A stretch of DNA of 64,000 nucleotides from Thermoanaerobaculia bacterium (GTDB taxonomy: Bacteria; Acidobacteriota; Thermoanaerobaculia; Multivoradales; Multivoraceae), in contig OY762911.1 in the NCBI GenBank assembly GCA_963666565.1, positions 1,056,001 through 1,120,000 on the forward strand. Direction: 5' to 3'. The position numbers and the translations under genes were made by a program. A model generated the notes under the pieces. It saw only the letters and a program-made list of their open reading frames with translations, was not told the DNA's origin and did not search any database. Of the stretch, positions 34,473-44,090 are shown piece by piece (position 1 is the first letter of the stretch; the number at the start of each line of letters is the position of its first letter).

Positions 34473-35549
34473 ATGCGGTTCCTCTTCAAGACCCACTACA
34501 ACCAGGACATCGACCACCTGAAGCACGGTGGCGACCGGTTCTGGTACGGCCTGCTCCTGGTGCTGGTCGCCGCGGCGCCGGCGGCGCTCGGCACCTTCTA
34601 TCTGGGCGAGCTCAACCTGGTGATGATCTACGCCATCGCCGGCGTCGGTCTGATGCTGCTCGTGGGCTACACCGGCCAGGTGAGCCTGGGCCACGCGGCG
34701 TTTCTGGCGATTGGCGCGTATACCCACTCGCTCCTTCTGGGCGCCGGTCTGCCGTTCCTCCTCTCGATCGTCGCGGCGGTCCTGGTCTCGGCGCTCGTCG
34801 GCGCCGGCGTGGGGTGGATCGCGCTCCGGATGACGGGCATCTATCTCGCCATCGCCACCTTGGCCTTCGCCATGCTCACCGAGCAGACGATCTCGCGCGC
34901 CGAGTGGCTGACCGGGGGCTTTCGCGGCCTCGCCGTTCCGCAGGCGAGCCTCCTCGGGATGCCGCTCACGCAGGTCTGGCAGCACTACTACGTGACGCTC
35001 ACGCTCCTCGTCGTGACCCTCCTCGCGGCGCTCAACATCCTGCGGTCCTCGACGGGAAGGGCCATGGTCGCCATCCGCGACTCGGAGATCTCGGCGGAGA
35101 GCGTCGGCATCAACCTGGCCGTCTACAAGACCCTCGCTTTCGCTCTCAGCGCCGGCATCACCGGCCTCGCCGGCGCTCTCTTCGCGCATCGCCTCGGCTA
35201 CCTCTCGCCCGACGCCTTCACGTTCCTCATCTCGCTGCAACTCCTCCTGATGGTGGTGGTCGGCGGGGTCGGCTCGATGCGGGGCGTCATCTACGGCGCG
35301 CTCTTCATCGGCTTCCTGCCTCAGCTCCTCGCGATCGCCCGCGACACGCTGCCGCCGCAGATCGCTCAGGCGCCCGGCCTCGAGCCGGGCATCTTCGGCC
35401 TCATCCTCGTGCTGGTGATCCTTTTCGAGCCCCAGGGCATCTTCGGCCGCTGGCTCAAGATCAAGAGCTACTTCCAGACGTTCCCTCTCTATCGCCGGGC
35501 GACGCACCGGCGCCAGAAGACCTACCTGCGCACGGAGCGACTGAGGTGA
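34473..35549 (+). CDS. ABC permease (LivM-like)
   Basis: MRFLFKTHYNQD...GYTGQVSLGHAAF...YLAIATLAF...GRAMVAIRDSE. Confidence 0.93.
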   Translation: MRFLFKTHYNQDIDHLKHGGDRFWYGLLLVLVAAAPAALGTFYLGELNLVMIYAIAGVGLMLLVGYTGQVSLGHAAFLAIGAYTHSLLLGAGLPFLLSIVAAVLVSALVGAGVGWIALRMTGIYLAIATLAFAMLTEQTISRAEWLTGGFRGLAVPQASLLGMPLTQVWQHYYVTLTLLVVTLLAALNILRSSTGRAMVAIRDSEISAESVGINLAVYKTLAFALSAGITGLAGALFAHRLGYLSPDAFTFLISLQLLLMVVVGGVGSMRGVIYGALFIGFLPQLLAIARDTLPPQIAQAPGLEPGIFGLILVLVILFEPQGIFGRWLKIKSYFQTFPLYRRATHRRQKTYLRTERLR

Positions 35550-36307
35550 GCTATCTCCGCGTCGAGGACCTGTCGATCAGCTTCGGGGGCATCCGCGCCG
35601 TCGACGACGTGAGCTTCGACGTCGAGGAGGGCGAGGTGTTCGCCATCATCGGACCGAACGGCGCCGGCAAGACGACGCTCTTCAACCTGGTGAGCGGCAT
35701 CTACTCCGCCGACGGCGGGAGCGTTCGGTTCGCGGGCCGCGACATCACCTCGCTGCCGGCGCATCGCATCGCGCCGCTCGGCCTCGCCCGCACCTTCCAG
35801 AACATCGAGCTCTTCGAGCACGCCACCGTTCTGCAGAACCTCCTCATCGGCCGTCATGTCCACCGGCGCTCGACGGCGCTGTCCCATCTCCTGTTCCTCC
35901 CCGCGGTGAGGCGGGAGGAGCTCGAGCACCGGCGCCGCGTGGAAGACGTCATCGACCTCCTCGAGCTCGCCCACTACCGCGAGCAGAGGATCGCGAACCT
36001 GCCCTACGGGGTGCGCAAGGTCGTGGAGGTGGGCCGCGCGCTCTGCCTGGAGCCGAAGCTGCTGCTCCTCGACGAACCGACCTCCGGGCTGAACCCCGAG
36101 GAGAGCGAGGACATGGGATTCTGGATCGAGGACATCAACCGCGACCTCGGCGTCACGGTCGTCATGGTGGCGCACGACATGGGTCTCGTCAGCCGGGTGG
36201 CGGGGAGGGTGCTCGCCCTCAACGAAGGTCGCACGATCGCGGAGGGCAGCCCCGCGGAGGTGCAGAAGAACCCCGCCGTCGTCGACGCCTACCTGGGAGC
36301 GGACTGA
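35546..36307 (+). CDS. ABC ATP-binding protein (LivG-like)
   Basis: GTG start overlapping the upstream stop; GPNGAGKT, ARTFQN, LPYG, LLLLDEP. Confidence 0.94.
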   Translation: MSYLRVEDLSISFGGIRAVDDVSFDVEEGEVFAIIGPNGAGKTTLFNLVSGIYSADGGSVRFAGRDITSLPAHRIAPLGLARTFQNIELFEHATVLQNLLIGRHVHRRSTALSHLLFLPAVRREELEHRRRVEDVIDLLELAHYREQRIANLPYGVRKVVEVGRALCLEPKLLLLDEPTSGLNPEESEDMGFWIEDINRDLGVTVVMVAHDMGLVSRVAGRVLALNEGRTIAEGSPAEVQKNPAVVDAYLGAD

Positions 36308-36314
36308 GACCGGC

Positions 36315-37118
36315 ATGGTGGAGCCGCAGACTCAAAAGGAGCCCGCCGCGGAGGCGCTGCTCGAGCTCAAGAACGTCGAGACCTACTACGGTCCGATCAT
36401 GGCGATCCGCGGCGTCAGCCTGGCGGTGCCCGAAGGCCGGATCGTCGCCGTTCTGGGCGCCAACGGCGCGGGCAAGACGACCATCCTCCGCACGATCTCC
36501 GGCGTGATGGATCCCCAGAAGGGCGAGATCCTCTTCGCTGGCGAGGACATAGCGCGCCGCGATCCGGACGCCGTCATGCGTCTCGGCCTGAGCCACGTGC
36601 CGGAGGGCCGGGAGGTCTTTCCCTTCCTCTCGGTGAGCGAGAACCTGCGAATGGGCGCCTACAGCCGCCGCGACCGCGCCCGCATCGCCGACGATCTCGA
36701 GCGCGTCTACGACTACTTCCCGGCGCTCGCCGATCGGGGCTCGCAACAGGCGAGCCAGCTCTCCGGCGGCGAGCAGCAGATGCTCGCCATCGGACGTGCT
36801 CTGATGGCGCATCCGAGGATGCTGCTGCTCGACGAGCCGTCGCTCGGGCTGTCTCCGATCCTGGTCCACCAGATCTTCGAGATCATCAACCGCATCAACG
36901 AGGAGCAGGGCATGACGATCCTCGTCGTCGAGCAGAACGCCCACGTCGCGCTGCGACACTCGCACTACGGCTACGTGCTCGAGAACGGAAGGGTGGTCAT
37001 GGACGACACGTGCGAGAAGCTCGAGAGTTCGCCGGACATCCAGGAGTTCTATCTCGGCATGAAGGACCAGATGCCGAGAGGGGTCCGCCGGTGGAAGAAG
37101 CGCAAGACCTGGAGGTGA
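36315..37118 (+). CDS. ABC ATP-binding protein (LivF-like)
   Basis: GANGAGKT, VPEGR, LSGGEQQM, LLLDEPSLGL, VEQNA. Confidence 0.95.
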   Translation: MVEPQTQKEPAAEALLELKNVETYYGPIMAIRGVSLAVPEGRIVAVLGANGAGKTTILRTISGVMDPQKGEILFAGEDIARRDPDAVMRLGLSHVPEGREVFPFLSVSENLRMGAYSRRDRARIADDLERVYDYFPALADRGSQQASQLSGGEQQMLAIGRALMAHPRMLLLDEPSLGLSPILVHQIFEIINRINEEQGMTILVVEQNAHVALRHSHYGYVLENGRVVMDDTCEKLESSPDIQEFYLGMKDQMPRGVRRWKKRKTWR

Positions 37119-37120
37119 GC

Positions 37121-39016
37121 ATGGGCGGCCTCGAATCGAACCCCGATCTCGTGCGTGAGACGCGCACGGCCGACGACGGCCGCGAGCTCGTGTTCTGGCG
37201 GGACACCAGCTTCGCCGGCACGGTACCGACGATGTTCTGGAGCCGCGTCGAGAAGTACGGCGACCGCACAGCACTGCGGGAGAAGGACTTCGGCATCTGG
37301 CAGGACGTCTCCTGGCGCGCGTTCGGCGAGAAGGCGCGCCACACGGGGCTGGCGCTGCGGTCGCTCGGCTTCGGCAAGGGCGACGTCGCCTGCATCCTCT
37401 CCAACACGATCACTGAGTGGATGTTCGCCGACATGGGGGTGCTCGGCGCCGGCGGCGTGTGCGCGGGGATCTACCCGACGGATGCGGCCGAGCAAGTCGA
37501 CTACCTGGTCAACGACTCGGGCTGCAAGGTGATGTTCGTCGAAGACGAGGAGCAGCTCGACAAGGTGCTCGAGGTGCGCGAACAGTGCCCGACGCTCGAG
37601 CAGATCGTGATCTTCGACATGGAGGGCCTGCGGGACTTCGAAGATCCGCGGGCCATGAGCTACGACGACCTGCTCGCGCTCGGACGCGAACAGGACGAAC
37701 TCCACCCCGAGGCCTGGGCCGAGTGCCTGGAGCTGGCGAAGCCCGAGGACCTCGCGATCCTCGTCTACACATCCGGCACCACCGGGCCTCCGAAGGGGGC
37801 GATGATCAGCCACCACAACCTCGTGTTCCAGTGCGTCAACGCCCCGCACGTCCTCTCGCAGAACGAGGACGACGAGCGCATGGCGTTTCTGCCGCTGTGC
37901 CACATCGCCGAGCGGCTCTTCGTCTACGGCTCCCTCTACACCGGCACGAAGCTCAACTTCGTCGAGAATCCGGAAACGGTGCCCGAGAACGCTCAGGAGA
38001 TCCAGCCGACGCTGTTCTTTTCGGTGCCGCGCGTGTGGGAGAAGTTCTACTCGGCCATCAGCATCGCCCTCTCCGACGCCACCTCCTTGCAGAAATGGGC
38101 GTACGGGAAGGCGATCGGGATCGGGTTCAAGCGAGCGGACAAACGCCTTGAGGGCGAGAAGCCGGGGGCGGTCCTGGAGCTCGCCTACCGGGTCGGCGAT
38201 GCGCTCGTGCTGCGCAACATTCGCAGGTTCCTGGGCCTCGACCGCTGTCGTTGGATCGGCACCGGGGCCGCGCCGATCTCACCCGATCTGATCCGGTGGT
38301 ATCTCGCACTCGGCATCGACATGGTGGAGGGCTACGGCCAGACCGAGAACACCGGCATCGCCTCCATTCTGGAGCCGGGCGAAATCAGGCCCGGCACCGT
38401 CGGCCGTTCCGTTCCCTACGGCGAAATCAGGATCTCCGATGAGGGCGAGATCCTGATCCGCGGAGAGTTCGTCTTCATGGGTTACCTCAACCAGCCGGAG
38501 AAGACGGCCGAGACGATTCGCGACGGGTGGCTCCACACCGGCGACGTCGGCGAGATCGACGACGACGGCTTCCTCAAGATCACCGACCGGATGAAGGACA
38601 TCATCATCACGGCCGGGGGCAAGAACATCACTCCGAGCGAGATCGAGAACCAGCTCAAGTTCTCGCCCTACATTGCCGACGCGGTGGTGATTGGCGACAA
38701 GCGCAAGTTCCTGACGTGTCTCGTGATGATCGACCACGACAACGTCGTCAAGTACGCTCAGGATCATCACGTGCCCTTCACCAACTACCAGAGCCTGTGT
38801 GCCGCGGAGGAGATCGTCGAGCTGATCCACGGTCAGGTGGAGGCCGTCAACGCGAAGTTCGCGCGCGTCGAGCAGGTGAAGAAGTTCCGCCTCATCGACC
38901 AGGAGCTGACCCCCGAGGACGACGAGCTCACGCCGACGATGAAGCTCAAGCGCAAGTTCGTGAACGAGAAGTACCGACCGCTGATCGATTCGATGTACGG
39001 AGGACAGCAGGCATGA
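37121..39016 (+). CDS. Long-chain fatty acid-CoA ligase (AMP-dependent synthetase)
   Basis: YTSGTTGPPKG, EGYGQTE, GWLHTGDVG, DRMKDIIITAGGKN, ELTPTMKLKR. Confidence 0.93.
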   Translation: MGGLESNPDLVRETRTADDGRELVFWRDTSFAGTVPTMFWSRVEKYGDRTALREKDFGIWQDVSWRAFGEKARHTGLALRSLGFGKGDVACILSNTITEWMFADMGVLGAGGVCAGIYPTDAAEQVDYLVNDSGCKVMFVEDEEQLDKVLEVREQCPTLEQIVIFDMEGLRDFEDPRAMSYDDLLALGREQDELHPEAWAECLELAKPEDLAILVYTSGTTGPPKGAMISHHNLVFQCVNAPHVLSQNEDDERMAFLPLCHIAERLFVYGSLYTGTKLNFVENPETVPENAQEIQPTLFFSVPRVWEKFYSAISIALSDATSLQKWAYGKAIGIGFKRADKRLEGEKPGAVLELAYRVGDALVLRNIRRFLGLDRCRWIGTGAAPISPDLIRWYLALGIDMVEGYGQTENTGIASILEPGEIRPGTVGRSVPYGEIRISDEGEILIRGEFVFMGYLNQPEKTAETIRDGWLHTGDVGEIDDDGFLKITDRMKDIIITAGGKNITPSEIENQLKFSPYIADAVVIGDKRKFLTCLVMIDHDNVVKYAQDHHVPFTNYQSLCAAEEIVELIHGQVEAVNAKFARVEQVKKFRLIDQELTPEDDELTPTMKLKRKFVNEKYRPLIDSMYGGQQA

Positions 39017-40332
39017 CCCATAGACACCGCTACCTCACCGTCGCTTGCATGGAACCGGCCGCCCATCGGAGCCGCTTCGCGGCGCGAACTCCTGGCCGCC
39101 TTCGGCGGCAGCGGGTCGGAAGACCCGCGCACCGACAGGACGGCCAGTTCCCTGCGCGCCACCGCAGCCTGACGGCTGCGTCGGCTTTCATGTTGCTCGG
39201 CGCCGTCCTGGCGGGATGCGGGAGCTCCGATCCCGAGACCTCGGACGCGGCCGAGCCGATCGTGCTCGGCACCTACACCGACCTGTCCGGTCCGGCCGCG
39301 GCCATCGGCGTCGGCAGCACGAACGCGTCGCGAATGGTCTTCGACCGCGTGAACGAGGAAGGCGGCATCCACGGCCGCCAGGTCCGCTTCGTCGTCGAGG
39401 ACAATCAGTACCAGGTGCCTCGCGCGGTCCAGGCGGCCAACAAGCTGATCCACCGCGACCGGATCTTCGCCATGGTGGGCGCCCTCGGGACGCCGATGAA
39501 CAACGCCGTCATGACCAGCCAGTTCGAGGCGGGCGTTCCCAACATCTTCCCGCTCTCGGGCGCGCGTTCGATGGCGGAACCGCTGCATCGGCTGAAGTTC
39601 GCCGGCGTCTCCACCTACTACGACCAGATGCGCGCCGCCATCAGGTACTTCGTCGAGGAGAAGGGCAAGGAGCGCGTCTGCACCATGACCCAGGACACCG
39701 ACTACGGAACGGAGATGACCGACGCGGCGGACGATCAGCTCGGCGAGATGGGCCTGGAGGTCATCGATTCGACCGCCCACAAACCTCTCGACACCGACTT
39801 CAGCGCGGCGATCCTCAAGCTCCGGCAGGCCGACTGCGACCTGATCGTGCTCGGAACGATCATCGGCGACACGATCCTGGCGATCTCGGCGGCACGGGCG
39901 ATCGACTGGGACGTCGAATTCGTCGGCCCGATCGCGGCGTTCGAGTCCGAGGTCGCGGAGGCGGAGGGCGGCGTGACCAACGGCTTCTACGCGATGACGT
40001 CGTTCGAGTTTCCCTACCCCGATCATCCCCGCCAGGAGGTCCGCGACTTTGTCGCCGATTACCGGGAACGCTACGGCCCGCCGCCCAACACCGGCTCGCT
40101 CCTGGGCTGGTTGGTCGCCGACTTCACTGTCCGTGCTTTGCGCGACGCCGGACCGGACCTCACGGTGGATTCACTGGTCGCCGCGATCGAGTCGATAGAC
40201 GACTACCAGGACATCTTCGGCGGCCCGGTCCTGAGCTTCGGGCCGGAGAAGCGGATCGGCACGGACGAGGCTTTCCTCGCCGAGGTACAGGACGGACGCT
40301 GGGTACGCGTCACCGAGAACCTGTCCTACTGA
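39013..40332 (+). CDS. ABC substrate-binding lipoprotein (LivK/PBP1 type) with a REP-derived N-terminal insert
   Basis: ATGA overlap; lipobox VLAG-C; DLSGPAA, NEEGGIHGR. REP copy at 39095-39133 precedes the hydrophobic core. Confidence 0.9.
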   Translation: MTHRHRYLTVACMEPAAHRSRFAARTPGRLRRQRVGRPAHRQDGQFPARHRSLTAASAFMLLGAVLAGCGSSDPETSDAAEPIVLGTYTDLSGPAAAIGVGSTNASRMVFDRVNEEGGIHGRQVRFVVEDNQYQVPRAVQAANKLIHRDRIFAMVGALGTPMNNAVMTSQFEAGVPNIFPLSGARSMAEPLHRLKFAGVSTYYDQMRAAIRYFVEEKGKERVCTMTQDTDYGTEMTDAADDQLGEMGLEVIDSTAHKPLDTDFSAAILKLRQADCDLIVLGTIIGDTILAISAARAIDWDVEFVGPIAAFESEVAEAEGGVTNGFYAMTSFEFPYPDHPRQEVRDFVADYRERYGPPPNTGSLLGWLVADFTVRALRDAGPDLTVDSLVAAIESIDDYQDIFGGPVLSFGPEKRIGTDEAFLAEVQDGRWVRVTENLSY

Positions 40333-40356
40333 CGCGGGCCGGAGACCCCTGCTCGC

Positions 40357-41655
40357 CTACTCGCCGCCGGCGGTAGTCTCAGTCGCTCGACTGCGTCCCT
40401 GCCGCCTGGCCGGCGGCTCCCCGTCGCTGTAGACGCAGGAGATGAAGCCCATCAGCATCTCGTCGGTCGACTGCGGGCCGAACACGACGTCGCGGTCCGG
40501 GTTGAAGCCCCAGCGTTCCGCCTCCTCGGGCGAGTTGTCGAACCACATGTCGATCCGCAGGCGGCTGCCCTTCGGCAGCACCTTGGGTTCGGAGTACCAA
40601 TAGATCTCCTGCCAGTCGAAGTCCCAGTCGGGCACGTGGAGGATCTGCTCCTCGCTGCCGTCCGGGTAGAAGACCGTGTACTTCGCTTCCCGGCCGCGCA
40701 TGTGCATGTGCGGGAGCATGCCGAGGATCGTCACCTCCCGGTCGAAGGTGCGCTCGGCGGTGTCGTGCCAGTAGGCGTGGCGGGCCGGAATCTCGAACTC
40801 GAAGTTGCTGATCGGGAAGAAGTGGACCGGGTGCTCGACCGGCTTGGTCGCGAACTTGAGCGCGATCGATGACTGGTCCCAGCCGCCGCTGCCGGGGCCC
40901 GGCTCCTTGTGGTAGTGCAGGTCGAAGGTGAGCGTGTCGCCGACCTGGAGCAGCGAGCCGTAGCCCTCCGGCCAGACGTGGGGCGGCGAGCCGGAGGTGG
41001 CGCCGCCGAGGAAGTGGCCGTCGCCGCGCGTCTCCTCGTCGTCCGGGCTCTTGACGAAGATGTTGAAGTGGTGGACGAGCTCGCTGCCGCGGCGGAACTC
41101 GATCTCCTGCACCCACTTGTCCTCGGGCAGGATGTCCGGCGTCAGCACCAGGCGGTGCTTGGTGTAGATGTCCTTGACGTCGTCCTCGACGTAGTAGGGC
41201 TCGGGCATCTTGAGGACGAGGTCGGGATCGGTGAACACCCAGCCGTCGTCGTCCGGCCACTCGACGGGCGCGGGACCGTTCTCCGGCAGGCCGGGCCGGG
41301 CGCCCGCCTCGACCCAGCGCTGGATCGTCGCGATTTCCCCGTCGGTCAGGCCGCGCTCGTTCCTGAACACGCCGTCGAAGTGCTCGGAGGCGTCCCACGG
41401 CGGCATCTCCTTCGACGCCGTCATGCGGACGATCGAGCGCGCCCAGGGTCGGGCTTCCTCGTAGGTCGTGAGCGACATCGGCACGCCGCCCCGGTAGATC
41501 TTGCTGCCCGAGGGCCGGTGGCACTCCTGGCAGTTCTGCTGCAGGATGGGCAGGACATCCTCGTAGAATGTCGGCCCTTCCGCCTCGGCGGCGCCGTGGG
41601 CCGCCGCGGCCAAGACCAGGCAGAGCGCAAAACCAACCAGGCGTCGACTCGTCAT
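40357..41655 (-). CDS. Exported heme c (CxxCH) + copper type II monooxygenase-like protein
   Basis: Signal peptide; PTFYEDVLPILQQNCQECH; MPPW; Cu-ligand-like VHHF, LHYH, PHMH, DEM. Confidence 0.8.
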   Translation of the reverse strand: MTSRRLVGFALCLVLAAAAHGAAEAEGPTFYEDVLPILQQNCQECHRPSGSKIYRGGVPMSLTTYEEARPWARSIVRMTASKEMPPWDASEHFDGVFRNERGLTDGEIATIQRWVEAGARPGLPENGPAPVEWPDDDGWVFTDPDLVLKMPEPYYVEDDVKDIYTKHRLVLTPDILPEDKWVQEIEFRRGSELVHHFNIFVKSPDDEETRGDGHFLGGATSGSPPHVWPEGYGSLLQVGDTLTFDLHYHKEPGPGSGGWDQSSIALKFATKPVEHPVHFFPISNFEFEIPARHAYWHDTAERTFDREVTILGMLPHMHMRGREAKYTVFYPDGSEEQILHVPDWDFDWQEIYWYSEPKVLPKGSRLRIDMWFDNSPEEAERWGFNPDRDVVFGPQSTDEMLMGFISCVYSDGEPPARRQGRSRATETTAGGE

Positions 41656-41686
41656 CGCTACCCTCCCGCAGAACAGGTTCGGATCC

Positions 41687-43693
41687 GTGCGAGCTTACCG
41701 CAGCCAATGGGCCTCCGGCGCCGCCGTCGCGCTGGCGGCGATCTTCGGCCTGGCCGTCGGCTCGTCATCGCCACTCTCGGCAGACGGTCGCACACCGGGT
41801 GCGCGGGTCTTCCGACCCGCTGCCGCCGCAGGCGGCTTCCAGTATCGTCGCCGGCCTCTGGCCGGCGGCCTTGTTGTCCGGGCTGCGCCGCTCCGCGGCT
41901 CCGCCCGGAGGCGGGTCAGAAGACCCGCGCACCCAGAGCTACGGCGACGTTGGGGACGCCGCTCTGTACTGCAACTGGCGGCACTCATCCTCGCCGCCAT
42001 CGCCGCCCAGCCAGCCGTCGCCCAGTTCCAGGACGGTGAACCGGCGCCGTCCCGCAACGACCCGGCCGACACGATCCTCGACGGCGGCAACGTCTACACC
42101 CCCGACGGCTGGGCGGAGTCCATCGCGATCCGGGACGGCGTGATCGTCGCGGTCGGCGACAGTGCCTCCGTCGACGCCTTCCGCACCGACGCGACCGACG
42201 TCATCGACCTGGCCGGCCGGACCGTGTTCCCCGGCTTCCACGACGTCCACGTGCATCCCCTGATCGCGGGGATGCAGGAGTTCTCGTGCCGCCTGCCTCC
42301 GGGTGCGACGCCAGACATCATCAGCGAGTCGGTTGGCGAGTGCGCCTCCCGGGCCGAGCCCGGGGAGTGGATCAACGGCGGCAACTGGGTGGCGGCGGTG
42401 TTCGAGCCCGGCCAGCAGACCAGGCAGTTCCTGGACGCCGTGTCGCCGGACAACCCGGTCTTCCTGTACGACGAGTCCCACCACAGCGTCTGGGTCAACA
42501 CGAAGGCGCTGGAAGTCGCCGGCATCGACCGCGACACCCCGAACCCGGAGGGCGGGATCATCGAGCGCGACCAGGACGGCAACCCGACCGGCCTGCTGCG
42601 CGAGACGGCCAACGCGATGGTGGCTTCCGCGATTCCTCCGGCCTCGGACGCGCGGAAGATGCAGGGCATGAAGATCGCCACCGACGAGATGCTGGCCCAC
42701 GGCATCACCTCGTTCACCGTCGCCTACGCGAACTCGTGGCAGCTCGGCGCGCTGGCGCAACTGGCGCGCGAGGGCACGTTGAAGCAGCGGGTGCGGGCCT
42801 GCGTCGCCTGGGCGCACAATCCGGCGCTCGCCGACGCCGCCGAGTCCCAGCTCGCGATCCGGGCGACCTACGAGAGCGAGCGACTGAAGGTCGACTGCGT
42901 GAAGATCATGCTCGACGGCGTGCCGACGGAGAGCCACACCGCGGCGATGCTCGCGCCCTACGAGGACTCGACCGGCGAGGACGATCCGCGGCCCAAGCTC
43001 GGGCTGCTCCTGGTGCCGCAGGAGGCGCTGAACGACGCCGTGACGGCGTTCGACCGCCAGGGGCTGCACGTGAAGATGCACGCCGCCGGCGACGGCGCGG
43101 TGCGTGCCGCGATCGACGCGGTCGCGGCGGCCCGGGAACGGAACGGCTTCGGCGGCCCGATGCACGATGTCGGCCACAGCACCTTCGTCGACCCGGCCGA
43201 CATTCCCAGGCCGCGCGAGCTGGGGATGGCCTGGGAGTTCTCGCCCTACATCTGGTTCCCCACGCCGATGGCGGCGATCGACATCCGCAAGGCGGTCGGC
43301 GACGAGCGGATGAAGCGATGGGTTCCGATCAGGGACGCCCTCGAGACGGGCGCCCTCGTGGCGGCCGGCTCGGACTGGCCGGTGGTGCCCCTGGTCGACC
43401 CGTGGCTCGCGGTCGAGACGATGGTGACCCGGCAGGTTCCCGGCGGCAGCGAGGAGACGCTCGGCCTCCAGGGACAGGTGAGGCTGGAGGACGCGCTCCG
43501 CATCATGACCTGGAACGGCGCGCGCCTGATGGGGCAGGGCGACAAGGTCGGCACCATCGAGGTCGGCAAGGAGGCCGACCTCGTCGTCACCTCGCAGAAC
43601 CCGTTCGACGTCGAGCCCACGGAAGTTCACCGGACGAAGGTGGAGATGACGTTCATCGCCGGCGAAAGGGTGTACACCGCCGGTGCCAACTAG
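41687..43693 (+). CDS. Amidohydrolase (Amidohydro_3/YtcJ-like), exported; start uncertain
   Basis: IDLAGRTVFPGFHDVHVH, PTGLLRE, VKIMLDG, MHAAGD, AGSDWPV, GTIEVGKEADLVV. Confidence 0.9.
   Translation: MRAYRSQWASGAAVALAAIFGLAVGSSSPLSADGRTPGARVFRPAAAAGGFQYRRRPLAGGLVVRAAPLRGSARRRVRRPAHPELRRRWGRRSVLQLAALILAAIAAQPAVAQFQDGEPAPSRNDPADTILDGGNVYTPDGWAESIAIRDGVIVAVGDSASVDAFRTDATDVIDLAGRTVFPGFHDVHVHPLIAGMQEFSCRLPPGATPDIISESVGECASRAEPGEWINGGNWVAAVFEPGQQTRQFLDAVSPDNPVFLYDESHHSVWVNTKALEVAGIDRDTPNPEGGIIERDQDGNPTGLLRETANAMVASAIPPASDARKMQGMKIATDEMLAHGITSFTVAYANSWQLGALAQLAREGTLKQRVRACVAWAHNPALADAAESQLAIRATYESERLKVDCVKIMLDGVPTESHTAAMLAPYEDSTGEDDPRPKLGLLLVPQEALNDAVTAFDRQGLHVKMHAAGDGAVRAAIDAVAAARERNGFGGPMHDVGHSTFVDPADIPRPRELGMAWEFSPYIWFPTPMAAIDIRKAVGDERMKRWVPIRDALETGALVAAGSDWPVVPLVDPWLAVETMVTRQVPGGSEETLGLQGQVRLEDALRIMTWNGARLMGQGDKVGTIEVGKEADLVVTSQNPFDVEPTEVHRTKVEMTFIAGERVYTAGAN
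41795..41936. repeat. 142-bp REP doublet, second copy, within the 5' region of the amidohydrolase ORF
   Basis: Same inverted ends and internal CCAGTATCGTCGCCGGCCTC..GGCCGGCGGC core as 32926-33067. Confidence 0.88.
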
Positions 43694-44061
43694 GCAGATC
43701 TACAGCCTGCAGACAGAGGAGGTCTGGATCGCGAAGCCGCTGCCGCCGGCGGTCGAGACGGAGCACCACACGCTGCGGGTCGAGTACCTGGCGACCGACG
43801 AACTGAACCTCCTGGTGAAGGGCCGGAACTACGGCTGGCCGGTCGTGACGTTCGGCCGGGTCACCCGCCAGGAACTCCTGTTCAAGGGCCACGGCCGACG
43901 CGCTGACCGGGGCGAGCACCGGTCTGGTCGGCTCGCTGTGGGCCGCCGTGCCGATCTTCTTCGTGTGCGGCGTCGTCTGGGCGGCCGTCATCCGCCGGCG
44001 CGACGCCGAGGCCTACGAACGCCTGGGCCATTTCATCGACGAATCACCGGACGCGGCCTAG
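43694..44061 (+). pseudogene. Fused remnants: PQQ glucose/sorbosone dehydrogenase fragment plus C-terminus of an APC-type permease
   Basis: DELNLLVKGRNYGWPVVTFG (GSDH motif). In another frame: ...LVGSLWAAVPIFFVCGVVWAAVIRRRDAEAYERLGHFIDESPDAA*. Confidence 0.6.
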
Positions 44062-44090
44062 CTGAAGCCGCGACGTCAAAGGGACTGCAC

